The position numbers and the translations under genes were made by a program. From NCBI GenBank assembly GCA_965223415.1, contig OZ245002.1:416001-480000 (forward strand): a DNA stretch of 64,000 nucleotides, written 5' to 3'. Each line of letters starts with the position of its first letter. The first letter of the stretch is position 1. The DNA comes from Myxococcota bacterium (lineage in GTDB: Bacteria > Myxococcota_A > UBA9160 > UBA6930). Of the stretch, positions 28,624 to 41,968 are shown in pieces. The notes beneath the pieces are model-generated. The model was not told the origin of the DNA, made no database searches, and saw nothing but the letters and a program-made list of their open reading frames with translations.

Positions 28624-29585
28624 CGCTTCTTCCCCTTCGCTGCGGCCTCCACGAGGCCCGCTGCGATCAGCGGCACCAGGATCTCGTGGTGGCCGACGAG
28701 CGAGATGCCGCGCCCGCCGAGCCGGGTCGGCCGCTCCACCACGTTCACGCTGGGTCGGTAGTGGCGGATGAAATCGCAGTTCACCGTGGTGAACTTCTCG
28801 ATCTTGTTCCCCAGGTTGCGCGCCAGGGCCAGCGCCTTGAGGAACACCTCCGGCAAGATCACCGCGGAGCCGATGTTGAACAGCACGCCGCCTTCGAGGG
28901 CTGCGACCAGCCGGGCCAGGGTCTCGAAATCGCGGTAGCTCGTGGCGCCGAGGGCGGCACCATCGGCGCTCGGGTGCATGTGGTGGATATCGGTACCGAC
29001 GGCCACGTGGATCGTGACTGGAATCCCGAGCCGCGCTGCGTTGGCGAGGACCGAGCGGTCCTTGTGGCGGTAGCCCTTGCCCTCGAGGATCTCGCGGCCC
29101 ACCGCCAGGCCCATCCCCAGCCCGGCGGCATGGCCCGCCGCGATCGCGCCGTTCAGGCGCTCGGAGGTCTCCCGGGCCATGCCGAACGAGCCCTCGTCGA
29201 GGGCCGGCGCCACGTCCTCGCTCGTCTGGCCCATCATCGCCAGCTCGAGATCGTGGACGCACCCGGCGCCGTTCATCAGCAGCCCCGAGACGAAGCCGCG
29301 CTCCATCAGGTCGACGACCAGCGGCGCCAGGCCGACCTTGATCAGGTGGGCGCCGAAGCCCCAGAGGAGGACCTTCTTCCGGGCATGGGCACGGGAAGCC
29401 GCGTCGATGGCGCCGCGAAGCTCCTGGGCACCGAGGATGCCGGGGAGCCGGTCGAGGAACGTCGCGAAGCTCGCGCCGGCCTCGTGGGGCACGCCTTCCA
29501 GGGAGCGCTTCACCTTGCTGAAGCGGCTCCGAGCCGGATAGGTGCGCACCTGTTGGCGGTCGATCCGCGGAAGGCGACGCGTCAC
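28620..29585 (-). CDS. Conserved hypothetical protein, possibly deoxyhypusine-synthase-like fold
   Basis: WGFGAHLIKVGL, MNGAGCVHDLE, GTDIHHMHP, NIGSAVILPEVFLK, GHHEIL; fold is an inference. Confidence 0.7.
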   Translation of the reverse strand: MTRRLPRIDRQQVRTYPARSRFSKVKRSLEGVPHEAGASFATFLDRLPGILGAQELRGAIDAASRAHARKKVLLWGFGAHLIKVGLAPLVVDLMERGFVSGLLMNGAGCVHDLELAMMGQTSEDVAPALDEGSFGMARETSERLNGAIAAGHAAGLGMGLAVGREILEGKGYRHKDRSVLANAARLGIPVTIHVAVGTDIHHMHPSADGAALGATSYRDFETLARLVAALEGGVLFNIGSAVILPEVFLKALALARNLGNKIEKFTTVNCDFIRHYRPSVNVVERPTRLGGRGISLVGHHEILVPLIAAGLVEAAAKGKKR

Positions 29586-30178
29586 GGCTCCACCGGGAAT
29601 AGGATGTCGTCCACCACCTCCGCGATCGCGTGGGCGATGGCGATGTGGGCCTCCTGCACGCGCTGGGTCTCGTCGGAGGGCACGACCAGGGCGAGCTCGA
29701 CCCGCTCCGCCAGTTTGCCGCCGCCCTTGCCGAGGAGACCGATCGTGCGCATGCCGCGGCGCGCCGCCTCGTCCACCGCCGCCAGCACGTTCGGCGAGCT
29801 GCCGGAGGTCGAGATGGCGATCGCCACGTCGCCGGAGACGCCGTGGGCCTCGACCAATCGGGCGAACTGCCGGTCGAAGCCGTAGTCATTGCCGATGGCG
29901 GTCAGGTCCGAGGTATTGGCGGTGAGGGCGAGCGCCGGAAGCGCCGGCCGTTCGCGGGTGAGGCGCCCGGTCCACTCGGCGGCGATGTGCTGGGCGTCGG
30001 CCGCGGAGCCGCCGTTGCCGAAGAGCAGGACCTTGCTGCCCGCCCGGAAGGCCTCCGCTACCAGGCGGGCCGCCCGGGCGATGTCCTCGGCCAGGCCGGC
30101 GGCGACCGCCCGCTTCACCCGGGCGCTCTCCTCGAGGGTGGCGCGAACCGAGGCGACGGGATCGAAGGAAGAACCCAC
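29582..30178 (-). CDS. gmhA: D-sedoheptulose-7-phosphate isomerase
   Basis: FGNGGSAADAQHIAAE, TAIGNDYGF, ISTSGSSPNV, RVQEAH. Confidence 0.95.
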   Translation of the reverse strand: MGSSFDPVASVRATLEESARVKRAVAAGLAEDIARAARLVAEAFRAGSKVLLFGNGGSAADAQHIAAEWTGRLTRERPALPALALTANTSDLTAIGNDYGFDRQFARLVEAHGVSGDVAIAISTSGSSPNVLAAVDEAARRGMRTIGLLGKGGGKLAERVELALVVPSDETQRVQEAHIAIAHAIAEVVDDILFPVEP

Positions 30179-30338
30179 GCGCGATCGTCCTTTCGCTACG
30201 GTGTTGGCCCGGATGGCGTCGAAAGCGGAAAACCCTGCAAAATCAGCTAGATCGGGGATTTCCAACATACCCGCCGGCCTCCGGGGCGTCAATCGGCCCG
30301 GCCCCGAGGGGTGGTGACCCCACTGCTATCCTGGCTCC

Positions 30339-30743
30339 ATGGCCGGCGCCCTCCGCCTGCTCCTCGTGCTGACGCTGCTCGGCGCCGCCGGCTGCCGGGA
30401 AGGCATCGGACGGCTGCTCGACGAGACGGGCCACCCGCCGATCCGCGAGATCTCCGCGAGCGAGGCCGCCGACCTGCTCGCCCGGGATGCCGCGGTCACG
30501 ATCGTGCATCCCCTGCCCCGCCACCCGGCGACTCCGCGGCTGAAGAACGCGGTTTGGCTGGCCCCGGAGGATCCGGTGCCCGAGGGCTGGGGCGCCCGGC
30601 ACCATCCGGTCCTCGTCGTCGGCGAGCCCGACGCCGCCGCGGCCCTGGCCGCGCGCCTCGCCCGGGCCGGTACACGGCCGCTCTCGGTCGTCACCGGAGA
30701 GCTCGACACCCTCGCCGATCTCCGGACGGCCCGTCATCCGTAG
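30339..30743 (+). CDS. Putative lipoprotein with degenerate rhodanese-like domain
   Basis: Lipobox-like LGAAGC; REISASEAADLL...NAVWL pattern; no active-site Cys seen. Confidence 0.65.
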   Translation: MAGALRLLLVLTLLGAAGCREGIGRLLDETGHPPIREISASEAADLLARDAAVTIVHPLPRHPATPRLKNAVWLAPEDPVPEGWGARHHPVLVVGEPDAAAALAARLARAGTRPLSVVTGELDTLADLRTARHP

Positions 30744-30828
30744 CTCGTCCGGTGCGCCGATTTGACGCGCAGCCCCGGGTGGTAAGCTTCCCCGGAAGCG
30801 CGCACGCCAACAGGAGAACCCGCGACCC

Positions 30829-31152
30829 ATGGCCGAGATCATCGACGTCACCGACGCCAACTTCGACGAAGAGGTGCTCCAGTCGGACACCCCGATCATC
30901 ATCGACTTCTGGGCCGAGTGGTGCGCGCCGTGCCGGGCCATCGCCCCCATCGTCAAGGAGATCGCGGGCAGCTACGACGGCAAGGTGAAGGTCGTCAAGA
31001 TGAACATCGACGAGAACCCGGCCACGCCCGGCAAGTACGGCGTCCGCGCCATTCCCACCGTCCTCGCCTTCAAGGGCGGCACCGTGGTGGAGCAGATCAC
31101 CGGGGCGCGGCCGAAGAGCGCGTTCGAGGAGATGGCGCAGAAGCTCGTGTAG
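30829..31152 (+). CDS. trxA: Thioredoxin
   Basis: DFWAEWCAPCR, YGVRAIPT. Confidence 0.97.
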   Translation: MAEIIDVTDANFDEEVLQSDTPIIIDFWAEWCAPCRAIAPIVKEIAGSYDGKVKVVKMNIDENPATPGKYGVRAIPTVLAFKGGTVVEQITGARPKSAFEEMAQKLV

Positions 31153-31365
31153 TCGTCGAACGGCCGGTGGTGATCGGGCTCGAGCCTCCACCTCGCGGAA
31201 GTCGCCTCGCTCGCCGATCGGGACGGCGAGCTGACCTTGAAGCTCCGCCATCCGGGCCACCACGAGGGCTACGTCTGGATCGCCCTTCCCGACCGCACCG
31301 ATCCTCTGTGCGTGCACGCGCCTTCACCGACCGGACCGAACGCTGCCAGGACGCCCTACCCTGAC
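31153..31365 (+). pseudogene. Possible gene relic
   Basis: Coding-like segments ERPVVIG / SSLHLAEVASLADRDGELTLKLRHPGHHEGYVWIALPDRTDPLCVHA / FTDRTE broken by frame changes, with no start. Confidence 0.3.
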
Positions 31366-31514
31366 CACCGGCGATGCGCGCCTACCTCGCGTGGCCGATT
31401 CGGGCTCTGGGTCGCTACTCCGCATGGCCGAGGGCTTCGAAGCAGGCGCCGATGGCGCTCGTCGATCACCGCGTTCTGCGGCGGGGTCGAGCGCCGGGAT
31501 CTGGGCCCTCGCGC

Positions 31515-32627
31515 TCAGAACATGTACCGCCGCATCGAGACGTTCATCAGCAGCCCGAGCGCGACCAGGTTCGCCAGCAGCTGGGAGCCGCCGTAGGAGA
31601 CCAGCGGCAGCGGCACGCCGATGACCGGCGCCAGGCCGAGCACCATCGACACGTTGATCACCGCCGGCCAGAAGAGCATGCCGACCACGCCCACGGCGAG
31701 CATCGCGCCGAAGCCGTCCTTGGAGTTGTTGGCGACGACCAGGCCCCAGATCAGCAGGGTGAAGTAGACGGCCAGGAGCAGCACCGAGCCGAGGAAGCCC
31801 CACTCCTCCGCCAGCACCGAGAAGGCGAAGTCCGAGTGCTGGGTGGGGAGGAACTGGAGCTGGGTCTGGGTGCCCTGGAGGTAGCCCTGTCCGAACAGGC
31901 CGCCGGAGCCCACGGCGATGCGGGACTGGATGGCCTGGTAGCCGGAGGAGAGCGGATCGCGGGAAGGGTCGAGGAAGTCGAGGATCCGCTCGCGCTGGTA
32001 GTCCTTGAAGACGTAGGTCCACAGGCCGGCCAGGGCCAGGACGCCGGCCGCGCCCAGGCCGCCCCAGGCCCGGGCCGGGATGCGCACGAACGGCAGGTAG
32101 GTCGCGGCGATCAGCAGGGTGAGGACGGCGACGCCCATGTCGCGCTGCAGGACGATCAGGCCGATGGGGCCGGCGGCGATCAGGGCGGGCGCCCACAGGT
32201 CGCGGACGCGACGGATCTCGCCGGGCGGATTGCGGTGGAAGTAGCGGGCCATCGCGAGCACGAGGCCGACCTTCGCCAGCTCGGCGGGCTGGAGGGAGAG
32301 CGGGCCGTAGATGAGCCAGGAGCGGTTGCCCCGGGTGACCGGAGCCAGCACGAGGGTCGAGGCGACCAGCAACAGGGTGGCCACGTAGACCGGCACGGCG
32401 AGGCGCTCGAGCCGCCGGTAGTCGAGCACCAGGGCGAGGAGCAGCCCTCCCGTACCGACGCCCAGAGCCAGGAGCTGGCGCCGGAACTCCGACGGCATCC
32501 CCGAGACCGCCCCTGGCGAGGCGGCCGAGTAGAGGTTGGCGAAGCCGATCGCCACGACCGCCAGCACGAGCCCGAGCAGCACCCAGTCGAAGTGCTGCAG
32601 GGATCGTCGGTCAATCGCCGGCCGCAT
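31515..32627 (-). CDS. rodA: Rod shape-determining protein RodA
   Basis: LQPAELAK, QRDMG, YQRERI, GYQAIQSRIAVGSGG, HSDFAFSVLAEEWG, GVPLPLVSYGGS. Confidence 0.97.
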   Translation of the reverse strand: MRPAIDRRSLQHFDWVLLGLVLAVVAIGFANLYSAASPGAVSGMPSEFRRQLLALGVGTGGLLLALVLDYRRLERLAVPVYVATLLLVASTLVLAPVTRGNRSWLIYGPLSLQPAELAKVGLVLAMARYFHRNPPGEIRRVRDLWAPALIAAGPIGLIVLQRDMGVAVLTLLIAATYLPFVRIPARAWGGLGAAGVLALAGLWTYVFKDYQRERILDFLDPSRDPLSSGYQAIQSRIAVGSGGLFGQGYLQGTQTQLQFLPTQHSDFAFSVLAEEWGFLGSVLLLAVYFTLLIWGLVVANNSKDGFGAMLAVGVVGMLFWPAVINVSMVLGLAPVIGVPLPLVSYGGSQLLANLVALGLLMNVSMRRYMF

Positions 32628-34518
32628 CGGGCTCTCCGTTCTCGGCGCTGGCGGCGGCCACCAGCGGCGCGCCGTGCTTCTTCTCGAAGTAGCGGGCGAG
32701 GATCCGCTGCGCGATGGGCGCCGCCGCGGTGCTGCCGTGCAGCCCGTGCTCGACGAACACGGCCACGGCGATCTCGGGATCGTCGACGGGGGCGAAGGCG
32801 GCGAACCAGCCGTGGTCCCGCTGGCGGATCGGGATCTCGTGCTCGTCGAGGCCCTCGACCCGCTCGAGCCGCACGACCTGGGCCGTACCGGTCTTGCCGG
32901 CCACCTCGACGCCGGGTACGCGGGCGCGGGGGCCGGTGCCGCCGGGCTCCTCGACCACGGCGCGCAGCCCGGCTCGCACCAGGGCGAGACGGGCGGGAGT
33001 GACCGGGACCTCGCCGACCACCTCCGTGGGGAAGTGCTTCACGGTGATGCCGTCCTGGGTCTCCAGCCGCAGCACGAGCCGCGGCTTCATCACCTTCCCG
33101 CCGGAGGCGATGGCGGCGTAGGCCACGGCGAGCTGCATGGGCGTGTACAGGTTGAAGCCCTGGCCGATGCTCGCGGACACGGTCTCGCCCGGGAACCAGG
33201 GTTGCCCGAAGCGCCGGCGCTTCCACGAGCTCGACGGCACGAGGCCCGGCGCCTCACTCCCCAGCCCGAGGCCTTGCTTGCGACCGATGCCGAAGGCCTT
33301 GGCGTAGACCGCGAGCTTGTCGATGCCGAGCTTCTGACCGTAGGTGTAGAAGAAGACGTCGCAGGACTCGCGGAGCGCGTCGATCACGTCGACGGTGCCG
33401 TGCCCCGCCCGCTTCCAGCAGCGGTAGATGCGGCCGCCGAAGCGGAAGAAGCCGGGACAGAAGGCCGTGGTGTGGCGACCGATCACGCCCTCCTGGAGCA
33501 GCGCCGCCGCCACGATCGCCTTGTGGGTAGAGCCCGGGGGGTAGTGGTTCTGGATCGCGCGGTTCTGGAGGGGGTCCCAATCGTCGGAAGTGAGCCCTTT
33601 CCACGTGGCTGTGTCGATGCCGCCGGCGAAATCGTTCGGGTCGAAGGTGGGCCGGGACGCGAGGGCCAGCACGTCGCCGGTCGCGACGTCGAGGGCGACG
33701 GCCGCGCCCATGTGGAGCGGCTCGCCCTCGGGCACGTGGGCGAAGCCCTCCTCGGCGGCCCGCTGGAGATCGCGGTCGAGGCTCAGCACCACGCGTCCGC
33801 CGGGCACCGGAGGCACCTCGAGGAGCGGGTCGCCCACCTCGCGCCCGGCCGCGTCCACCATGACGTTGCGTCCGCCCTCGCGGCCGCGCAGGTGGCTCTC
33901 GAAGCGCGCCTCGAGGCCGGTCTGGCCGATCACGTCGCCTGCCCGGTAGTCCCGGAAGCGCTCGCGCTCGAGCTGATCGGCGCGGATCTCACCGATCGTG
34001 CCGAGCAGGTGAGCGGCCAGCGGGCCGTCGAGGTAGTGGCGACGGGGCTCGACATGGGTAGCGACGCCCGGCATGGCGAAGCGATGGGACTCGACCTGCG
34101 CGAGGGTCTCGAAATCGAGATCGTCCGCGAGCACCCGGCGTCGGAAGCGGCCCCGGCCGGTGCTGGAGCCCGCCATCTCGTCGAGCACCGCCGGCTCCGC
34201 CTGGAGCAGCTGGCCCAGGGCGGCGAAGGTGTTCGCGCGGGCGGCGAGATCGTTCGGCGTCACCTCGACCCGGTAGGCGGGACGGGTCGACGCGAGCACC
34301 CGGCCCTCCCGGTCGAGCACCTCGCCGCGGGGCGCCTCGAGACGCACCTGGCGCACCGAGTTCTGCTCGGAACGCCTCCGCAGCTCGTCTCCCTCCAGCA
34401 CCTGGAGCTGGAAGAGGCGGACGACGAACACCAGGAGGACGAGCAGGATCAGCGCACCGGCCAGGCGCAGCCGGCCCTCGATGGGCGGCTGGCTACTGGC
34501 CAGGTGGCCGCCGCTCAC
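32611..34518 (-). CDS. mrdA: Penicillin-binding protein 2
   Basis: APRGEVLDR, YPPGSTHK (SxxK), ESCDVFFY, AGKTGTAQ. Confidence 0.96.
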   Translation of the reverse strand: MSGGHLASSQPPIEGRLRLAGALILLVLLVFVVRLFQLQVLEGDELRRRSEQNSVRQVRLEAPRGEVLDREGRVLASTRPAYRVEVTPNDLAARANTFAALGQLLQAEPAVLDEMAGSSTGRGRFRRRVLADDLDFETLAQVESHRFAMPGVATHVEPRRHYLDGPLAAHLLGTIGEIRADQLERERFRDYRAGDVIGQTGLEARFESHLRGREGGRNVMVDAAGREVGDPLLEVPPVPGGRVVLSLDRDLQRAAEEGFAHVPEGEPLHMGAAVALDVATGDVLALASRPTFDPNDFAGGIDTATWKGLTSDDWDPLQNRAIQNHYPPGSTHKAIVAAALLQEGVIGRHTTAFCPGFFRFGGRIYRCWKRAGHGTVDVIDALRESCDVFFYTYGQKLGIDKLAVYAKAFGIGRKQGLGLGSEAPGLVPSSSWKRRRFGQPWFPGETVSASIGQGFNLYTPMQLAVAYAAIASGGKVMKPRLVLRLETQDGITVKHFPTEVVGEVPVTPARLALVRAGLRAVVEEPGGTGPRARVPGVEVAGKTGTAQVVRLERVEGLDEHEIPIRQRDHGWFAAFAPVDDPEIAVAVFVEHGLHGSTAAAPIAQRILARYFEKKHGAPLVAAASAENGEPDAAGD

Positions 34519-34576
34519 CGCGGCCCCGGGAGCGACGGGTGCCGCGGCCCCGAGAGCGGAGCCTGCCGCGGCCGCA

Positions 34577-35110
34577 TCATCGGACCGCGGGCCTCCGCGT
34601 GTCGAGGCGCATCTCGCGCCGGGCCTGGCTCTCGTCCAGCCGGTCCACGAGGCCCTGGGCGAAGCTGCCGGCGAAGGGCGCGCACACGCCCGTCGCCACC
34701 GTGCGAACCAGGACGCCGCCGACCTCGGACCAGTGGAAGGCGAGCCCCAGGAAGAACCGGCTCTGGGCGACCAGCAGCAGGGCGTCGACGGCGGCCAGGG
34801 TCGTCACGAAGACGACCAGCGGCAGGCCGTGGCGCAGGTCGAGCTGGGACGCGACGACCCGCGTCGCCAGGAACTCGAGCAATCGCAGCATCGCCTGCTG
34901 TCCGAGCAGCGTGCCGGAGAGCGCGTCGGCACCGAGGCCCACGAGGAATGCCACCACCAGCCCCTCACCGGGCCCCAGCACGAGCCCGGCCGCCACCGCC
35001 GCGAGGAGGGAGGCCTGGGGCACGAAGCGCACCGGGACGCCGCTCGTGAGCGCGCTCTCGAGCACCAGCGCCAGGAGGCCGAGGACCAGGACGGCGGCGG
35101 TCTTCCTCAC
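34577..35110 (-). CDS. mreD: Rod shape-determining protein MreD
   Basis: Hydrophobic 177-aa ORF between mreC and mrdA; GLGADALSG. Confidence 0.8.
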   Translation of the reverse strand: MRKTAAVLVLGLLALVLESALTSGVPVRFVPQASLLAAVAAGLVLGPGEGLVVAFLVGLGADALSGTLLGQQAMLRLLEFLATRVVASQLDLRHGLPLVVFVTTLAAVDALLLVAQSRFFLGLAFHWSEVGGVLVRTVATGVCAPFAGSFAQGLVDRLDESQARREMRLDTRRPAVR

Positions 35111-36048
35111 CGGACCGGCGCTCCCGCGGCCACGTCGTCTCCCTTCCCGGGCGCGGAGGCATCGTCCGCCTCCGGGTCCGGCAGGTCCCCGTCTCCGGCG
35201 TACAGGAGATCCATGGTGGGCGCGCGGCGCAGCATCACGAAGACCTGCTCGAGGTGTCCGAAGTCCACCGACGGCACCACCTTCGCCTTGTGCAGGAGCT
35301 CGGCGCGGTCGGTGCTCACCTCGGTCACCTCGCCGATGCGCACGCCCTTCGGGTACACGCCGCCCACGCCGGAGGTGATCACCACATCGCCCGGAACCAC
35401 GTCGTCGCCGCGCACCATGAAGACGAACTCGATCTCGCCGGTGCCCGTGCCGCGGACGATCCCGCGCGCCCGGCTGCGCTGTACGATCGCATCGGCGGCG
35501 CTGCGCCGGTCGAGGAGCAGCATGGCCCGCGCCGCGGTGAACGAAGTGGCCGTGACGACGCCGACCAGCCCGCGGTCCGAGACCACCGGCATGCCCGAGA
35601 GCACGTCGGCGCCCCGTCCGCGGTCGAGGAGGATGGCGTGGAACCAGGACGACACGTCCTGTCCCACGACCTGGGCCGGCAGGAGCGGCACCTCGAAGCC
35701 CTCCCGCATGCGCGCGATCGCGTCCAGGTGGCCGCCGGCGACCAGGGCCTCGCGGAACTGGAGGTTCTCCTCCTCGAGCTCGGCCACGCGGCTCTCCAGC
35801 AGCTCGTTCCGCTCCCGCAGGTCGACGAGGGCGAAGTAGTTCGCCCAGGTCTCGCCCAGCCACTCGACCGGGCTGGCCAGGGCCTTCTGCAGCGGGGCCG
35901 CCACCTCGAAGATCGAGTTCGGCACGGCGGAGGCGGCGGTGTCGTCGCCGGTCGGCCCCTCCCGATCGGCCAGCATCAGGACGAGGGTCAGCAGCAGCAG
36001 CCCCGCGAAGAGAAGGGGCAGGCGGATGCGGCGCAGGAAATCGCCCAT
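35107..36048 (-). CDS. mreC: Rod shape-determining protein MreC
   Basis: TM plus coiled coil, [31 protein letters not shown]. Confidence 0.95.
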   Translation of the reverse strand: MGDFLRRIRLPLLFAGLLLLTLVLMLADREGPTGDDTAASAVPNSIFEVAAPLQKALASPVEWLGETWANYFALVDLRERNELLESRVAELEEENLQFREALVAGGHLDAIARMREGFEVPLLPAQVVGQDVSSWFHAILLDRGRGADVLSGMPVVSDRGLVGVVTATSFTAARAMLLLDRRSAADAIVQRSRARGIVRGTGTGEIEFVFMVRGDDVVPGDVVITSGVGGVYPKGVRIGEVTEVSTDRAELLHKAKVVPSVDFGHLEQVFVMLRRAPTMDLLYAGDGDLPDPEADDASAPGKGDDVAAGAPVR

Positions 36049-36070
36049 GGCCTCCCCATGGGCGGGGGCA

Positions 36071-38959
<2,889 letters not shown>

Positions 38960-39178
38960 CCTCTCATGGGGCCTAGCCCGGCGGCCCCCTGGTGACGCAC
39001 GGATCCAGCAGATGGAAGCGGGGTCGGAGACCCTGGCGAGCTTCGGCGCGGTCAACGTGCGCCGGGCCTCACTGGGTTCCAGCGCCTGGGGGATCCCGAA
39101 GGACCTCGGGATCGAGGCGATCACGGAGCACTGCACCTCCTCTCGAGATCCCCCCGCACCGAGCGGCCCGAAACGAAA

Positions 39179-39209
39179 CGGGCCCCCGGCGCCTAGCGCC
39201 GGGGGCCCG
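39179..39209 (-). terminator. Intrinsic terminator after the RpoD-like sigma gene
   Basis: 14-bp stem CGGGCCCCCGGCGC / GCGCCGGGGGCCCG, 3-nt loop, then TTTCGTTT on the minus strand. Confidence 0.8.
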
Positions 39210-39230
39210 CGGGATCGAGAGGCGGCGGGG

Positions 39231-40778
39231 CTAGAGCGTCGCCTCGAACACGAACGCCTCCAGCCGGTCCCGGCTGTCGGAGTTCCGCAGCTTCGCCAGC
39301 GCCCGCGCCTCGAGCTGGCGCACGCGCTCCCGGGAGAGACCGAGCTTGCCGCCGATCTCCTCCAGGGTGTGCTCGCGCTCGCCCTTCAGGCCGAAGCGCC
39401 AGCGCAGGATGTTGCGCTCGCGCTCGCAGAGCTGGGCGATGGACGTGTCGCTGGCCCGCTCCAGCCGGGCGTGGTCGAGGCCCGCCACCGGCGAGATCGG
39501 GTTCTGGTCGGCAACGATGTCCTTGACCTTCTTCGAGTCCGTGCCGGGCACGTCCTTCTCGAGGCTCACCGGCTCCCGGACCATGCGCTGGAGCTGCTCG
39601 GCCCGCTCCTCGTCGATGTCCATGGCCTTGGCGATCTCGAGGGTGGTCGGATCCCGGCCCAGCTTCTTCTCGAGCGCGTTGTACGCCCGGTAGTACTTGA
39701 GCAGCGTGTCGTGCACGTGGCTCGGGATACGGATCGTCCGCGAGTGGTTCTGGATCGCGCGGATCAGCGCCTGGCGGATCCACCACACGGCGTAGGTCGA
39801 GAACTTGTGGCCGCGCTGGTACTCGAACTTCTCCACTGCCCGGATGAGCCCGATGTTCCCCTCCTGGATCAGGTCCTGGAAGGTGATGCCCATGTTCCGG
39901 AAGTCCTTGGCGATGGCCACGACGAGCTTCAGGTTGTGCTGGACGAAGACGTTCTTCACCTCGGACAGCCGCTCCCACTCGTCCTCCACCCGGCCCATGT
40001 GGGCGACGAAGTCCTCGGGCTCCATGCCGACCTCGTAGGCGAGCTCGGCGCCCTTCTCCCGCCAGCGAGCCAGCTCCTGCTTGCGCTTGGCCTTGCCCGC
40101 CTCGCTCTGGGGAGCGCGCTTGCTCGAGGTGAGCGCCGCCACGCGCCGGTTGGCGCGGGCCGCGCTCTTGTACAGCTCGAGCAGGCCCTTGCGGATGCGG
40201 CCCAGGAGCTGCATCGAGAGGTCGGCCTCCTTCAGCAGCCGGGCGGCCCGCCGGTCGTACTTCGGCACCTCGGCGGTCTTGCCGGCCTCGATGGCGGCCT
40301 CGCGCTTGCGCAGGGCCAGCTCGATCTTTCCGAGGATCTGGTCGATGCGACCGCCGAGATCGACGCCCTCCGGCGAGCCGGAGCCGAAGCTCTCGCACAT
40401 CTTGCCGGTGGCTCGATTCTCCGCCTTGAGACCCTGCCAGATGCGCACGGCCTCCTTCGCGGTCCAGGGGATCGTGACCATGCCTTCGCGGAAGGCGAGG
40501 GTCGCGGCCTCGATCTCCTTGGCGAGGATGACCTCCTCCTCCTTCTTCAGGGTCGCGATCTCCGCGATGTCCTTGAAGTAGGAGACGAGGGCACCGCGCT
40601 CGCTCGAGCGCTGGCTCTCGGTCTGGGTGTTCAGCCGCTTCGGATCGACGCGGGTCATCGACTTCGCGTTCTTCACGGCCTGGGCGTCGGTCTCCTGACC
40701 GAGCTCGTTGTCGGGCGCGATGCGCCGCCAGGTGGCGCGTCGCCGCTCCACGATGGAGAGATGGTTCTGGTTGCTCAC
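39231..40778 (-). CDS. RpoD/SigA-family sigma-70 factor (probable alternative paralogue)
   Basis: Region 1.2 SYFKDI..LKKEEE; region 2 [42 protein letters not shown]; region 4 [15 protein letters not shown]. Confidence 0.93.
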   Translation of the reverse strand: MSNQNHLSIVERRRATWRRIAPDNELGQETDAQAVKNAKSMTRVDPKRLNTQTESQRSSERGALVSYFKDIAEIATLKKEEEVILAKEIEAATLAFREGMVTIPWTAKEAVRIWQGLKAENRATGKMCESFGSGSPEGVDLGGRIDQILGKIELALRKREAAIEAGKTAEVPKYDRRAARLLKEADLSMQLLGRIRKGLLELYKSAARANRRVAALTSSKRAPQSEAGKAKRKQELARWREKGAELAYEVGMEPEDFVAHMGRVEDEWERLSEVKNVFVQHNLKLVVAIAKDFRNMGITFQDLIQEGNIGLIRAVEKFEYQRGHKFSTYAVWWIRQALIRAIQNHSRTIRIPSHVHDTLLKYYRAYNALEKKLGRDPTTLEIAKAMDIDEERAEQLQRMVREPVSLEKDVPGTDSKKVKDIVADQNPISPVAGLDHARLERASDTSIAQLCERERNILRWRFGLKGEREHTLEEIGGKLGLSRERVRQLEARALAKLRNSDSRDRLEAFVFEATL

Positions 40779-41255
40779 CCCTCACCCTCCTCATGCCCTG
40801 CAAGCGACGGATAGGGGCCGCCGCTCTTCGAAGTCCCGCCGCGCGCTCGCCCCCCGGGCTCTCCGGACGGCCCCTGCTCGCGTGCAGGCCCCGATTCGTT
40901 TTGTTGTGGTCCGGACACGCCTCGCGGCGCTCGTTCGGGCGCTTCGCTGGCGCGGGGGGCGTCGACTTCGTCCGATCCGCCCCGCTCTCCCTGCGCCTGC
41001 CTTCCGCCTTCGCCGGGCTTCGGGACGATCCAGGCGCCGCGTTGGGGTTTCGCGCCGTCCCCGTCGTCCCGCGAGCCGCTCGACGCATCGCAGCAGAGCG
41101 CTTTCGCTTGGAGAATCGGACAGTTCGGCAGGCCGGTTCCGGCTGGAGGTGCCGGGCTCACGCCCTTCCGTTCCAATCGGACTGCAGGGTATGCCGCTTT
41201 ACGGGGTTTGCCAAGCCCAAAATGACGCTGTGAGGTGAAATAAATTCATAAACAA

Positions 41256-41268
41256 ATTCAATGAGTTA
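41256..41268 (+). promoter_or_regulatory. IHF-like site in AT-rich patch
   Basis: ATTCAA-TGAG-TTA (one mismatch to WATCAA-N4-TTR), preceded by an A/T tract. Confidence 0.35.
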
Positions 41269-41364
41269 TCGGTCGTTATGGGACTTGAGAGCGCTCGATG
41301 CTGACGCGGCGCGCCATGACGCTCGATCGAGTGGTCAGAAACGCCGCGTCATGGCGCCCCTCCG

Positions 41365-41946
41365 CTACGCGAAGGACGCCTTGCGATGCCGGATCAGCTC
41401 CATGAACTCCGAGCGGGTCTTGGAGTCGCTCTGGAAGACGCCCTTCAGCGAGCTGGTGATGGCGAAGGCGTTCTGCTGCTCCACGCCGCGCATCATCATG
41501 CACAGGTGGATCGACTCGGCGACCACCGCCACGCCGCGCGGGTGGAGCACCTTCTCGATGGTCTCGGCGACCTCCATCGTCAGGCGCTCCTGCACCTGGA
41601 GACGGCGGGCGAACATGTGGACCAGGCGGGGGATCTTCGAGAGGCCCACGACCTTGCCGTTCGGGATGTAGGCCACGTGGAGCCGGCCGAAGAAGGGAAG
41701 CATGTGGTGCTCGCAGAGGCTGTAGAAGTCGACGTCCTTCACCAGGACCATCTCGTCGTAGGTCACGTCGAACATGGCGTCGTTCAGGATCGTGACCGGA
41801 TCCTCCTCGTAGCCCTTGGTCAGGAAGCGCATGGCCTTGGCCACCCGGGCCGGCGTGCGCTGGAGGCCGTCGCGCTGGGGGTCCTCGCCCAGCTCCTTCA
41901 GCAGGCGCTCGATCAGGGGCTCGATCGCGTCGCGGGAGTCGCTCAT
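41365..41946 (-). CDS. folE: GTP cyclohydrolase I
   Basis: [48 protein letters not shown]. Confidence 0.97.
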   Translation of the reverse strand: MSDSRDAIEPLIERLLKELGEDPQRDGLQRTPARVAKAMRFLTKGYEEDPVTILNDAMFDVTYDEMVLVKDVDFYSLCEHHMLPFFGRLHVAYIPNGKVVGLSKIPRLVHMFARRLQVQERLTMEVAETIEKVLHPRGVAVVAESIHLCMMMRGVEQQNAFAITSSLKGVFQSDSKTRSEFMELIRHRKASFA

Positions 41947-41968
41947 GGGCCGATGCTAGCCCGCGGGC

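Noticed and set aside
38975..39150. Coding-like stretch after the PpiD-like gene
   Set aside because: No convincing start/stop pair or recognisable family; at most a relic.
41185..41215. Sigma54 promoter upstream of the RpoD-like gene
   Set aside because: TTGGCA is present, but no GC at the required GG-N10-GC spacing.
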